In this document: positions 31,567-45,626 of the stretch, in pieces
Layout: the number at the start of each line of letters is the position of its first letter
Numbering within the stretch: position 1 is the stretch's first letter
Source of the DNA: the human T2T-CHM13v2.0 reference genome, Homo sapiens
DNA length: 64,000 bases
NCBI RefSeq assembly: GCF_009914755.1
Contig: NC_060926.1
Reading direction: 5' to 3' (one strand)
Program-made: the position numbers and the translations under genes
The notes under the pieces: model-generated
Seen by the model: the letters and a program-made list of their open reading frames with translations, nothing else
Told to the model about the DNA's origin: nothing
Database searches by the model: none

Positions 31567-31954
31567 CTCTGGACATTACCTATCTCTGTGACACAACATT
31601 GAATCAGAGAAAGTGGGCTTTATATATGTGGCTTTCTCCTCATTCATTCAACAAACATTTATTGAGCACCTACTATATGTCAACCACAGGGCCAGGAAAT
31701 GAAATAAGACACTTAAGAGACTAATACGATTATAATATCTTGGTCTTTGCAGCTGTTGTTTTCCAAAGCTAGTCTGGTGACATGTTGAGTGTCCTCCTGT
31801 ATCTCAAGTGATCTCATTAAATTCTCGGGAAGTTGTCAAGAACAAAGTTACATTTACTTTTAGCTTTGCTGTGCAGGAAGAGGGTGGGAGTGTTCCAGAC
31901 TTCTAAATAGTCTATAAAGTATATCATTTTCTAAAATTATTAGGAATGACTGCC

Positions 31955-32258
31955 TTTATTGTTTGTTTGTTTTTGTGAGACAGAGTCTTGCTCTGTCACC
32001 CAGGCTGCAGTGCGGTGGCATGATCTCACCTCACTGCAACCTCTGCCTCCTGGATTCAAGCTTTTCTCATGCCTCAGCCTCCTAGTAACTGGGATTACAG
32101 GCCTGAGCCACCACACCTGGCTTTTTTTTGTATTTTTTTGTAGAGACAGGATTTCACTATGCTGCCCAGCCTGGTCTTGAATTCCTGGACTCAAGTCATC
32201 CATCTGCCTCAGCCTCTCAGAATGCTGGGATTACAGGCATGAGCCACCACACCCAGCC
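31955..32258 (-). mobile_element. Alu (AluJb-like)
   Basis: full antisense Alu with (TTTG)n tail. Confidence 0.94.
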
Positions 32259-32387
32259 AGAAATTATTGCTGTTAAAGGTTATTTCCAGATTATAAACTA
32301 TGCTACTTCTGCTAATCTGGCTGTAGTATATTCTCCCACATGGCAAAATTACTCTAAGCCCCACCAGATCTGAATGTTTTCATATAT

Positions 32388-32409
32388 ATTTAATTTAATT
32401 TAATTTATT

Positions 32410-32452
<43 letters not shown>

Positions 32453-32548
32453 TCTATTTTTAGGTGGAGTCTTACTCTGCCACACAGGCTGGAGTGCAGT
32501 GGTGTGGTCTCAGCTCACTGCAGCCTCCACCTCCTGGGTTCATGTGAT
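32388..32548 (-). mobile_element. Alu 3' fragment with (TTTA)n tail
   Basis: (ttta)n then ggagtcttactctg...ctcctgggttcatgtgatt. Confidence 0.88.
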
Positions 32549-32610
32549 TTGTTCTTACATATTTCTAATACATATGTCATTGCCATAATGTTTGTTCCCT
32601 GACTTTTTGC

Positions 32611-32641
<31 letters not shown>

Positions 32642-32806
32642 AGGCAAGGCCAACATAAGGAAGTGTACAGTTTGAGGCTTGTGGGCATGAGGACAAAGGG
32701 ATGGAAGAAGAAAGAAGACAATTATAGTTGTCTTAATCCGCAATCCAATTTCTAATTTAGCTTAATTTATATTAATCATATACTTTTTCTGTTTTGCTTA
32801 AGAGAC

Positions 32807-35176
32807 TGATATGGTTTAGCTCTGTGTCCCCACCCAAATCTCATGTTGAATTGTAATCCTCAGTGTTGGGGGAGGGACCTGGTGGGAGGTGATTGGATCA
32901 TTGAGGTGGGGATTTCCCCCTTGCTGTTCTCATGATTGTGAATGAGTTCTTGTGAGATCTGGTTGTTTAAAAGTGTGTAGCACTTCCCCCCTTCTCTCTC
33001 TCCTGCTGCCATGTGAAGATGTGCTTTCTTCCCCTTCCCCCTTCTGCCATGATTTTAAAGCTTCCTGAAGCCTCTCCAGTCATGCCTCCTGTACACCCTG
33101 TGGAACTGTGAGCCAATTAAACCTCTTTTCTTTATAAGTTACCCAGTCTCAGTCTCAGGTAGTTTTTTATAGCAGCATGAGAATGGACTAATACAGAAAA
33201 TTGGTACCAGGAGTGGGGTATTGCTATAAAGGTATTACCATAAAGATAACTGAAAATGTAGAAGCAACTTTGGAACTGGGTAATGGGCAGAGGTAGGAAC
33301 AGTTTGGAGGGATCAGAAGACAGGAAGGTGAGGGAAAGTTTGGAACTTCCTAGAGACTTGTTGAAGGGTTGTGACCAAAATGCTGATAGTGATATGGACA
33401 GTGAAGTCCAGGCTGAGGTGGCTTCAGATAGAGATGAGAAACTTACTGGGAGCTGCAGTAAAGGTCACTCTTGCTATGCTTATCAAAGAGACTGGTGGCA
33501 TTGTGTCTCTAGAGATCTGTGGAACTTTGAACTTGAGAGAGATGATTTAGGATATCTGGTAGAAGAAATTTCTAAGCAGCAAAGCATTCAAGAGGGGTCC
33601 TGGCTGCTTCCAAAAGTCTACACTCATTTACATAAACAAAGAAATGACCTGAAACTAGAATGTTTATTTAAAAGGGAAGCAGAGCATAAAAGTTTGGAAA
33701 ATTTGCAGCCCAATCATGTGGTTGTAAAGAAAAACACATTTTCTGTGGAAGAATTCAAGGCTGCAGAAATTTGTATGAGTAAAGAGGACCTGAATGTTAA
33801 TAGCCAAAACAATGGAAAAAAACTCCTCCAGGGCATTTCAGAGACCTTCATGGCAGCCCCTCCCATCAAAGGCCTGCAGGCTTAGAGGGAAAAATGGTTT
33901 CCTGGGCTGGGCCCAGGGTCCCACTGCTCTGTGCAGCCTCAGGACATGGTGCCCTGCATCCCAGCCGATCTAGCTTCAGCTGTGGCTAAAAGGGGCCAAG
34001 GTACTGCTCAAGCCATTGCTTCAAGCCCCAAGCCTTGGTGGCTTCCACGTGGTGTTGGGCCTGTGGGTGCACAAAAACAAGAGTTGAGACTTAGAAGCCT
34101 CTGCCTAGATTTCAGAGGATGTATGGAAACACCTGGATGTCCAAGCAGAAGTCTGCTGCAATTGCAGAGCCTCGTGGAGAACCTCTAATAGGGCAGTGCA
34201 GAGGAGAAATGTGGGGTTGGAGCCCCCACACAGAGTCCCCACTGGAGTACTGCCTAGTGGAGCTTTGAGAAGAGGGTTACTGTCCTCCAGACCCCAAATG
34301 GTAGATCTACCAATACCTTGCACTATGTGCCTAGAAAAGCTGCAGGCACTCAATGCCAGCCTGTGAAAGCAGCCAAACTTGCAGAACCAAAATGCTGAGC
34401 TGCCCAAAGCCTTGGGAGCCCACCTCTTGCATCAGTGTGGCCTGGATATGAGACATGGAGTCAAAGGATATTATTTTGAACCTTTAAGATTTAATGACTA
34501 CCCTGCTGGGTTTCAGATTTGCATGGGGCCTATAGCCACTTTATTTTGTCCAATTTCTTCCTTTTGGAATGGGAGCATTTACCCAATGCCTGTACCCCCA
34601 TTGTATCTTAGAAGTAACTAACCTGTTTTTGGTTTTACAGGCTTATAGGAAGGGACTTGCCTTGCCTCAGATAAGACTTTGGACTTGGACTTTTGGGTTA
34701 ATGCTGGAATGAGTTAAGACTTTGGGGGACTCTTGGGAAGGCATGATTGGTTTTGAAATGTGAGAAGGACATGAGATTTGGGAGAGGTTGGGGTGGAATA
34801 ATATGGTTTAGCTCTGCATCGCCACCCAAATCTCATGTTGAATTGTAATCCCCAGTGTTGGGAGAGAGACCTGGTGGGAGGTGATTGGATCATGGGGGCG
34901 GATTTCCCCCTTGCTGTTCTCATGAGAGTGAGTGAGTTCTCACAAGATCTGATTGTTTAAAAGTAAGCAGCACTTCCCCCTTCCCTCTGTCCTGCTGACA
35001 TGTGAAAACGTGCTTGCTTTCCCTTTACCTTCTGCCAGAACTGTAAGTTTTCTGAGGCCTCCCCAATCATGCCTCCTGTACAGATTATGGAACTGTGAGT
35101 CAATTTCACCTCTTTTCTTTATAAACTACCGAGTCTTGGGTGGTTCTTTATAGCAATGTGAGAATGGACAAATACA
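32807..35176 (+). mobile_element. Full-length MaLR provirus (THE1D/MSTA-type): 5' LTR 32807-33195, internal 33196-34798, 3' LTR 34799-35176
   Basis: two similar LTRs tgatatggttt...ggactaataca; internal gaaaattggtacc start; perfect 5-bp TSD gagac (32802-32806 / 35177-35181). Confidence 0.96.
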
Positions 35177-35616
35177 GAGACTTTTCTCATTTTTACTAGA
35201 TCTGGGTTTTTGGTTTCTTTGTTTTTGTTTTGCTTTGTTTTGTAATTTTGAAGAATAGGAACAGGGTGCTTTGGACATCAGTTATAGTCCTAGTAGTTTA
35301 CCTCAACTGAGGGCTCTGTTCAAAACTGGTGCTCTCTGAAGGAACTCTGTGGATACCTACCAAGATTGATCATAGTGCCCCATTTCCCTTGAAAGAATCA
35401 GGATGAAAAGGAAGAACAAGGGATGTACTCCACAAAGGTCAGTGCTTTTCTCCACCCTCAGCCAGCTGAATCAATAGCAAGATTCTGACTCTATTGGAGG
35501 AGCTGAGGCTAGAGGAGTCTAGAGGCGGCTGGAGGGGAAAGTGGCCACAGATGTGAGAGTGGCAGATACAAGCCGCAGAGGTCACATGCCAGGCCACCAT
35601 TCCTGAGGCCACATAC

Positions 35617-35717
35617 CTCAGGAAAAACCTTTCACAGCCTGTTCTCATTCCTGCGACTCATTAAAGCACATTACAGAATTGAACAGTTTTTGAACATCAT
35701 TTCTTCTTAGATTGTTG
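35617..35717 (-). other. Candidate internal exon (alternative acceptor gives 35617-35729)
   Basis: acceptors cttttcacag| or tatgtttgcag|, donor GAG|GTATGT. Confidence 0.25.
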
Positions 35718-36653
35718 CTGCAAACATAGCTGTGAAAAGTTCTTGCTAAACTTTTCCGGTGCTTTCCTGAGTTCGTTAGGTCATGATGCACTTTTTGCCA
35801 ATGCCAAGTTAGGTTTTGGCGTTGGCCCAGGACATCAGGAGTGCAGATGCCAAACAACACAAGGCGGGTGGTGTGTGAGTCAAGTTAGGGTATTTGGCTT
35901 CCAAGATTGGATGTTGATGGCATGGCTGTAAAATGTGCCTAGAGAAAATTTATTTTTAAATTCTTTTCTTATTTGATATAATTGAAACAACACATACTCT
36001 CAAGACTGCCCTGTTAACCACAGCTGCCTAGTTTATTTCATTTTAAAGGATTCTTTCAACTTTAAAATCAAACATACAATTGTTTAATGGTAGGGTTGTA
36101 GTGATTTTTCTTCTTTTTATATTTGTTTTCTAAGATTGAGAATAATAAATTTGTTTGCGTTTTAAAAAGTTAATAGAGTTTACTTATTTGAGTAATTTTT
36201 GGCTTACAGAAATATTGAGCTTAAAGTACAAAATTCTTACATACCCTTTCTCCTCTCCTTTTCTCCCTGTTTCCTCTATAATTAACATCTTGTATTAGCA
36301 TGGTTCATTTATTACAATTGATGAGCCCATATTGATACACTATTATTATTATTACATTAGAGTTCACTCTTTGTGCTGTACGTTCTGTGAGCTTTGACAA
36401 ATGCGTAATGACCTGTATTCATCATGACAGTATCATACAGAATAATTTCACTGACCTAAAAATCCCATCTCTACCTCCTTATTCCTCCCTCCCCACAAGC
36501 CCCTGGCAACCACTATTTGTTTTTTTATTTATTTACTTATTGATTTTAGTGCCTCCGTAGCTTTGCCTTTTTCAGAATGTCATATAGTTGGAATCATACA
36601 GTATATAGCCATTTCTGATTGACTTCTTTCACTTTAGCAATACGTACTTAAGA

Positions 36654-37402
<749 letters not shown>

Positions 37403-37593
37403 TCATTTGAGTTAATACCTAGGAGCATGATTACTGGATTGTGTGGTAAGAGTATGTTTAGCTTTGCAAGAAACTGCCAAACTGTCTTCCAAACTGGCTG
37501 TACCATTTTGCATTTCCTTCAGCAATGAGTGAGAGTTCCTGTTGCTCTGCATCGTTGTCAGCCTTTGGGGTCGTCAGTATCTTGGATTTTTAC

Positions 37594-37913
<320 letters not shown>

Positions 37914-38087
37914 TAGTCACATCTCATTATTTTAATTTGCAATTCACTGATAACATGATATTAAGCATCTTTTCACAGCTTATTTCTTTCACATGCTTAT
38001 TTGACATCTGTGCGTCTTATTTGGTGAGGTATCTATTCAGATTTTTTGACCATTTTAAAATTGCATTGTTTGTTTTCCTATTCTTGA

Positions 38088-38474
<387 letters not shown>

Positions 38475-38609
38475 ATTTATGTTTGCTAAGTTACTAAAGC
38501 TCCTGGAAAAACTAGAAAAACTCAGGTTGTCTGCTAAAATAGTATTTAGCAAGAGATCAGTTTGTTGGTTTAAATTTCAGAGAGGGCTGGGAGATAATAA
38601 AATATACCT

Positions 38610-38900
38610 TTATTCCTCATTCATTAGGATATTTGTCCAGCAGATGTTACTTGAGCACCCACTAAATGGCAGACACTATGTTTGATATAATACAGGGAGC
38701 AAGAGCCAGGCTTGCTCTTGTGAAATTTATATTCTGAGAGAGATGGACAAATAAATTTGAAAACAAGTCTGCTTTGACTAGGGTGTTGATAGGGGTGAGC
38801 ACAGGAGCTGTGGGAGCTACAACGGTGATATGTGGTCTCCAGGAAAGGTTCAGATAAGCTTACTCCAAAACTCAGACCTGCAGCGAAGAGTCAGAAAAGA
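38610..38900 (-). mobile_element. L2 3' fragment
   Basis: cattcatt...ttgagcacccactaaatggcagacactatg. Confidence 0.6.
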
Positions 38901-39029
38901 TGTTTCCAGCCGTCTGCCCATTCTTTTTCCACACGGGGAGAAGCTCACATGTGAGAGATACAAGATCAAGGTGGTTGTTTATTTTGTTTTGCACCCCCAG
39001 CCCCCATCCTTGGTTATTTTTGGTTTTGC

Positions 39030-39800
<771 letters not shown>

Positions 39801-39834
39801 TTCATGGATGATGGTCCCATACCCTTGGCAGGGT

Positions 39835-40060
39835 GGCAAAGCTGGCTTTGGAGTCAGTCAAACTTAAATTTACATCCCATCTATGCCACTCTAATAGCTT
39901 TGTGACTTTGGTCAAGTTAACTTAATCTCCCTATATCCCTCTTTCCTCATCTCCAAAATAGGAATAGTAACAGTACCTACGTCATAGGGTATAGATGTAA
40001 GGTGCTTAACACACTACTTCACATGTAGTAAGCACTCAACAAAAATTTGGTGCTGCATGG
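39835..40060 (+). mobile_element. MIR
   Basis: gctttggagtcag...tgtgactttggtcaagtt..tttcctcatct...agtaagcactcaa. Confidence 0.8.
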
Positions 40061-42524
40061 AGTTATTCTTGTTACTCATAGGAATATTTCATTTTTATTT
40101 GAGGAAGTTTTCTACAGAGTTAATATGGCCTAACCTATCCAGATTTAAGATTGTAGAAGCTTTCAAGGTCTTTTGTTCAACTCTCATTTTATAGATGAAA
40201 AGACTGCATATTAGTTGGCCAACCCAGAGCTAGAACCCAACCCAGAGCTGGGCTTTAGGGAGACATAGAGTCAGTAGTACCTCTGGATCAGCATTCTGGC
40301 ACAGGCTATTCTTAAGGGCTCATTGGATGGCCATTTTAGCTTCTTAAATGTATTCTCCTCTTTGTTCTTTAAATAAATGGGAAAATAGAAGCCTTAAGGG
40401 GTTGACCAGTTAGCTCTATATTTGGCTGTAGACTGTAAAGTCTATTACATTATATCCAAGTTGTTTGATTATTTATTCATTGGTCAGAATTTAGGGTTTC
40501 AAGGGCTCTATCCTAATTAGGCCAAAAGATCAGAGAGCAAAATAAGGCACATAAAGCCATGCCTGGGGGATTATTGGCATTAGGTAGAGGTGTTTTGTTT
40601 AGTTTGGACTGCAGTTGAATTTGGATTAAAAATACTTGCAATTTTTTAAAAAGAACAGATATATCTCTTATTAAACAAACTATAAATATAGTTTGGATAA
40701 TGACGGGAGGGAGAAATTCAACATAAACTGGATATTAAATGAGTCTGTAATTTTTCTCCCTACCAAGAACAATTCACAATGACTTCCTGACCTCCCACTT
40801 TCAAATCATGCACTCTATCCTAGACTAGAGCTTTGCCTGAGCACTGCCCACCACCATCACCCCCACACTCACTCCTCCGGTCCCACATTGTCCCCTCTTT
40901 CCAGTGTTTTGCTGATATTTAAGGTTTTTATTACACTAAAATTCCCTGTTCTGTGATCTGTGTTCCTGGGTTCCTAAGAATGTGTGTGTGTTTGTCTGTG
41001 TGTGTGTGATGCTCTGGAAGCTTTGAGGGGATTCTGGGTCAGGACTTATCCAAAAATAAGACTCCAGATTATTAGCTTACTACATGTAGAATAATGCCTG
41101 GTACATAGTAAGCATCTAATAAAGTTTAGCTGCTGCTACTGCTATTTCTTACTCTTCCATTGCGAATCACTTTTGAAAGTACCTAATTTCCAAGTTTAGC
41201 AACTCCTTTCTTCTTTCCACTCAAATTATCAAGTCTTCTGGAGTGCGCTACAATTTCTAAAAAACTACACTTGTTTTCCCTCGATACTACCACAAGTCTC
41301 AAGAGTATATCACCTTGAATCTTTACTGCATTTGAGTGGGACCAATTTGTTGGTATTTTCTGTGTCTGGCAGTTTGTGTAATGGGAGGGAGTTGTTTCAT
41401 TAATCCACCTAAATGGTTTCAGGAATATTTATAGCTCCCACAGACTCAGATCCCCAAGTCACCATCCAGAAAGGTCTGTTTGGCTGCTTAGCAGTGAGCA
41501 ATTAGAACAGCCAGTCTACCCAGACACCAGGCTGGTTTGTCTGACCTAATATACGTGAAGACTCAGTGTTCCCAAAGGGATTCTTCCTTTTTAGAGGAAG
41601 AAATTAATGATATCCCTTTTTGTTAAATTGGTGCCAGTATTTTCCCTAAGCAGCCCATTTAAAAGAGCAAATTCAAACAGGGTCCAAGAAACAATTGCAA
41701 GAGATCTACAAAGATCTTAGGGGATGAGTTTACACACTATCCTAATTTCAAAGGAGCCGTTTTTATGCCAGGACACAATGGCTGGGTTCTCCCAATGGAT
41801 ACACACCCACTGTAAATGGCAAACTCTGCATTTGTGCAGAAATCAGATAAATGGAAAGAGCTCTAGATTTGTTTCTGCTCTTAACTGATTTGTCCTCCAA
41901 AGCACAGTTTCCATGCTAACTCATTAGCCTGGGTGAATGCTGGGGGTACCGACGGGGGACAGAACATCCAAGGATCCATTCTAAATCTCCGAGGGTCAGA
42001 TTACAAAGTGTTCATTCCTTTTTTGTCCTTCACTGCTGTATTTACCCATGTCCAGAGCAGTCAGCTCACAACACACTTGTACTCTGCCTTCTGATTTTCA
42101 ACTTGGGTTGCCATTAAGAAAGCAAGGTACCTCCCTTCTCTTGTGTGCTGCTTATTCTTTGCCCTAGACCCACATTCTCATATTCAGTCCATTAATGGAA
42201 CCCCCATTCATGTCATGTAGCAGTTTCTATTTAACACTGGGAGGGCACTGGGAAACAGTCCATTATGTTGTCTCTCCCCTTAAAAGAAGAGTTAGAATGG
42301 ATGCCTCCCTCTCATCTACCACCCTGAGCAAATTAACCCATATGACCAGAAGGGACAACCTGTGAATAACCACTGAATGATTAGAGGATTGAACATATAC
42401 TGCATAAAGGTTTTACTTACTAGTTATCTGTACCCAGAGGATTCTAAACATTGCCCTTAGAGTGACAATCTTTTCTTCAGCAGTCTGACAAATGGTCATC
42501 CATGCTAATTTCCCACATTCTTTT

Positions 42525-42686
42525 GCACATCTTTTTACATCACAAGCCTCTGTGGGAGGCTAATGGAATCCATGCACCCTAACTCTAGAAAAATGCACAA
42601 ATGTACACCGGCAACATTTTGCACATAAAATCCTTAATACCTTCATGTTCCCATCAGGATCTGTATCCCAGGTTAAGAATTCTTGT
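42525..42686. mobile_element. MER117-like hAT MITE
   Basis: agaaaaatgcaca...attttgcacata...cccaggttaagaattcttg. Confidence 0.65.
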
Positions 42687-42734
42687 ACTAATGAGAGGAA
42701 TTGACTAATTGTAAAGACTATCAATTTTATGTTT

Positions 42735-42850
42735 GGGAAGCTTGATCGAAGGATTTTTCTTCCCATGTGGTAGTTCTTCAAGTATTTGTAGATTGCTCTT
42801 TTTTGGTTAGATGTCTCTTTGGGGGATATGTCTCTATAAATCATCAGATG
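42735..42850 (-). mobile_element. L3/CR1 fragment
   Basis: tcttcccatgtggtagttcttcaagtatttgtagattgct. Confidence 0.45.
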
Positions 42851-44094
42851 ACCCTCAAAAGTTATTTAAGAAAATTTTGTGCTATGATTAAAGTCTTTGG
42901 GCTAGAAGATGTACACGCAATACATAAAAAGAATAGACCTGTGGTTTCTCAAAAATGCCAAGGCAGGTTGCTATAGTCTTTTTCTTCTTCATTAAACAAC
43001 AACAACAAAAAGTTGATTCCTTTAAAAAAAAACCTCAGAATTCTTGAAAAAAATAAAAACATTGAATCCTGTGTTTATTGCTCCATCATCTTAATTTGTT
43101 TTTGATTTAAAAAATTACTTGGCCATTGCTCAATTTTTCATATTTAATAGAAACAGAAGGAGAATTATTAGTGGAATTCTAAAGTTAGAACATGAAGATT
43201 GGGATAATATTTCACATTTTACTTTTAGCTCTCTGCAAAGTGGTGGTAATGTTTTCTGAGCCACTGTTACATGCTCAGATAATTTATGCACAACATAAAT
43301 TAGTGTTATTGCTCTCTTTGAAAGCAGTTTTTTCCTGGTTCTCATTCATATCCGTATAAACTTAGATGTTAACCCTATTTTGACGTTTTAGACCACTGAT
43401 TTTAAAAGAGTAATGATAGTTCCAGATATCTCAGATATTTTGTTTTGGAGTTTTTACATTGTCTTTAGTTTTTCTTTCATCAAAGGCTGAAATTTGGTAG
43501 AATTTAGAGAAGAATTATGATATAGAAAAATAACCCCAAAAGCCGACAAAACCCAAAAATAACAATAACAACCAAAGCTTAACTGAAAATCTAGAGATAA
43601 TGTATTTATACTTGGTTCCAGGCAGTCAATTAGCCCTCACTAAAGATGAGTAAGTTGAGTCAAATCATGCATGAATTTCCTAAAGTCACATGATTCTGTA
43701 ATGTGAAGATATTAAAGATCAGTAATGAGGCTGTGCATTGACAGATATTTGAGTCATCCTTTCTGCCTCCTGTAAAATGATTGCAGTTTGTCCATTTAAG
43801 AAAGTATTTTTCAAACATTGATTGTGATGCCTGTTATAACAGTTTACATCCTTCCTTTATATAGTTACTTCAGCAATTTCTGTAGCCATGAAGTGGTGCT
43901 TTGAGTCTACCCACTAAAAGTGTTTTCCTGTCTGTCATGTCACAGTTAACTCTTCACTTTTAAAGGGAAACTATGTGAGATGCTTGCTGGTGTGGGCCTA
44001 TGGCCTTTCCTCAAATCCTTCTTATAATTTTAGCTTCCCTACTTCCCCATGCAGATAAACAGAAATTGACTGAACACTACAAAGTTGTAAAACA

Positions 44095-44096
44095 TG

Positions 44097-44140
<44 letters not shown>

Positions 44141-44184
44141 AGACACACACACTACACACACATACACTCTTTCTCTCTCTCTCT

Positions 44185-44225
<41 letters not shown>

Positions 44226-44233
44226 ACACACAC
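44095..44233. repeat. (CA)n-(CT)n-(CA)n compound microsatellite
   Basis: seen directly. Confidence 0.97.
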
Positions 44234-44650
44234 CCCAAGAATCAAACAGAATCTCAGCAGGAAACAGATTGCACACTCAAATTAGGATAATTGGAGTATT
44301 GTTTAATAAAGGGATTATTTTTTAAGGTTGGGGCAAGATATAGTGAAACCATAAAGGATAGTGTAGTTCTCCAAGGACCAATGAGAGTAAAGCCATTACC
44401 ACATACACGTAAAGGAGCAAGAAGAGAGCATGGCATCTGGAATGCAAAAGGAGAGAGTCATATGGATATAGGAGTCATGAGAAGAGAGATGACCTTCAGT
44501 TAAGGACACAGTCAACACAAGACAACCCCATAGGAAGGGAGCTGGGGAATAAAAGAGAATCTTCTTTGTCCCTTTCTTCCATCTGATTTCCTGATAGGGC
44601 TCTCTATTGGCCAAACCACTGAGAAGCCAGACTAGTCTATACAGGTCAGT
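44234..44650 (-). mobile_element. Old ERVL LTR (LTR41-like)
   Basis: caggaaacagattgcacactcaaattaggataatt...tttaataaagggattatt. Confidence 0.55.
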
Positions 44651-44659
44651 AAAATTGTG

Positions 44660-45090
44660 CTTCAGTTAGGAATTAGTCTGTGCTTTCAGAAACACATACT
44701 GAAATAGGGTGACTTCAACAGACAACTATTTTCCTCATATCACCAGAAGTCCAGGGGTAGGCAATTTCTGGTGTTGGTTCAGAAGATCAAGAATGACAAG
44801 CCAGGCCAAGTCTCTGCAATTCTCTCCACTTTTTCTTCATAGTCCCAAGAACATGAAAGATGGCTACTGCTGGAGCTCCAGCCATCATGGCTATAAAAAG
44901 GATTTTCCTAGAAGCTCTATGCAATGATCTATTTATATCTAATAGGCCTCCTTTATCTACAGAAGAAGCTGGGAAGCATAGTTCAGTTGATTACATTGCT
45001 GTGGCATATGATTTAAGGGTTCTGTTATGAAGGAAGCAGTGAAGAATGGATGTTGAGTAGACAAGGAGTAGCATCTACCCAAGATAGAAT
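44660..45090 (-). mobile_element. MLT1 (J/K/L-like) LTR
   Basis: tcagttaggaat, agaagtccaggggtaggc, aagatggctactg, gaagctgggaag. Confidence 0.6.
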
Positions 45091-45260
45091 TTAATCATCT
45101 GAGGCACATGTGCCCAGGGCATTGTTTCATGCTCATTTCTGAACTTGAGAATTTTCAAATCATGTGAATGATCAGATTTCACCTTGGGTCCTTCTTCATG
45201 AGATATCAAGACCTGCAGGCAAGAGAAGGACCACTTAGATGAAATGGCTATAAAATTCTA

Positions 45261-45626
<366 letters not shown>

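Noticed and set aside
32611-32638. Orphan A28 run (and T18 at 50593-50610) as retrocopy tails
   Set aside because: No TSD or poly-A signal is recognisable. These are likely slippage expansions.
44000-44290. His/Thr-repeat ORFs
   Set aside because: These are translations of the (CA)n microsatellite.
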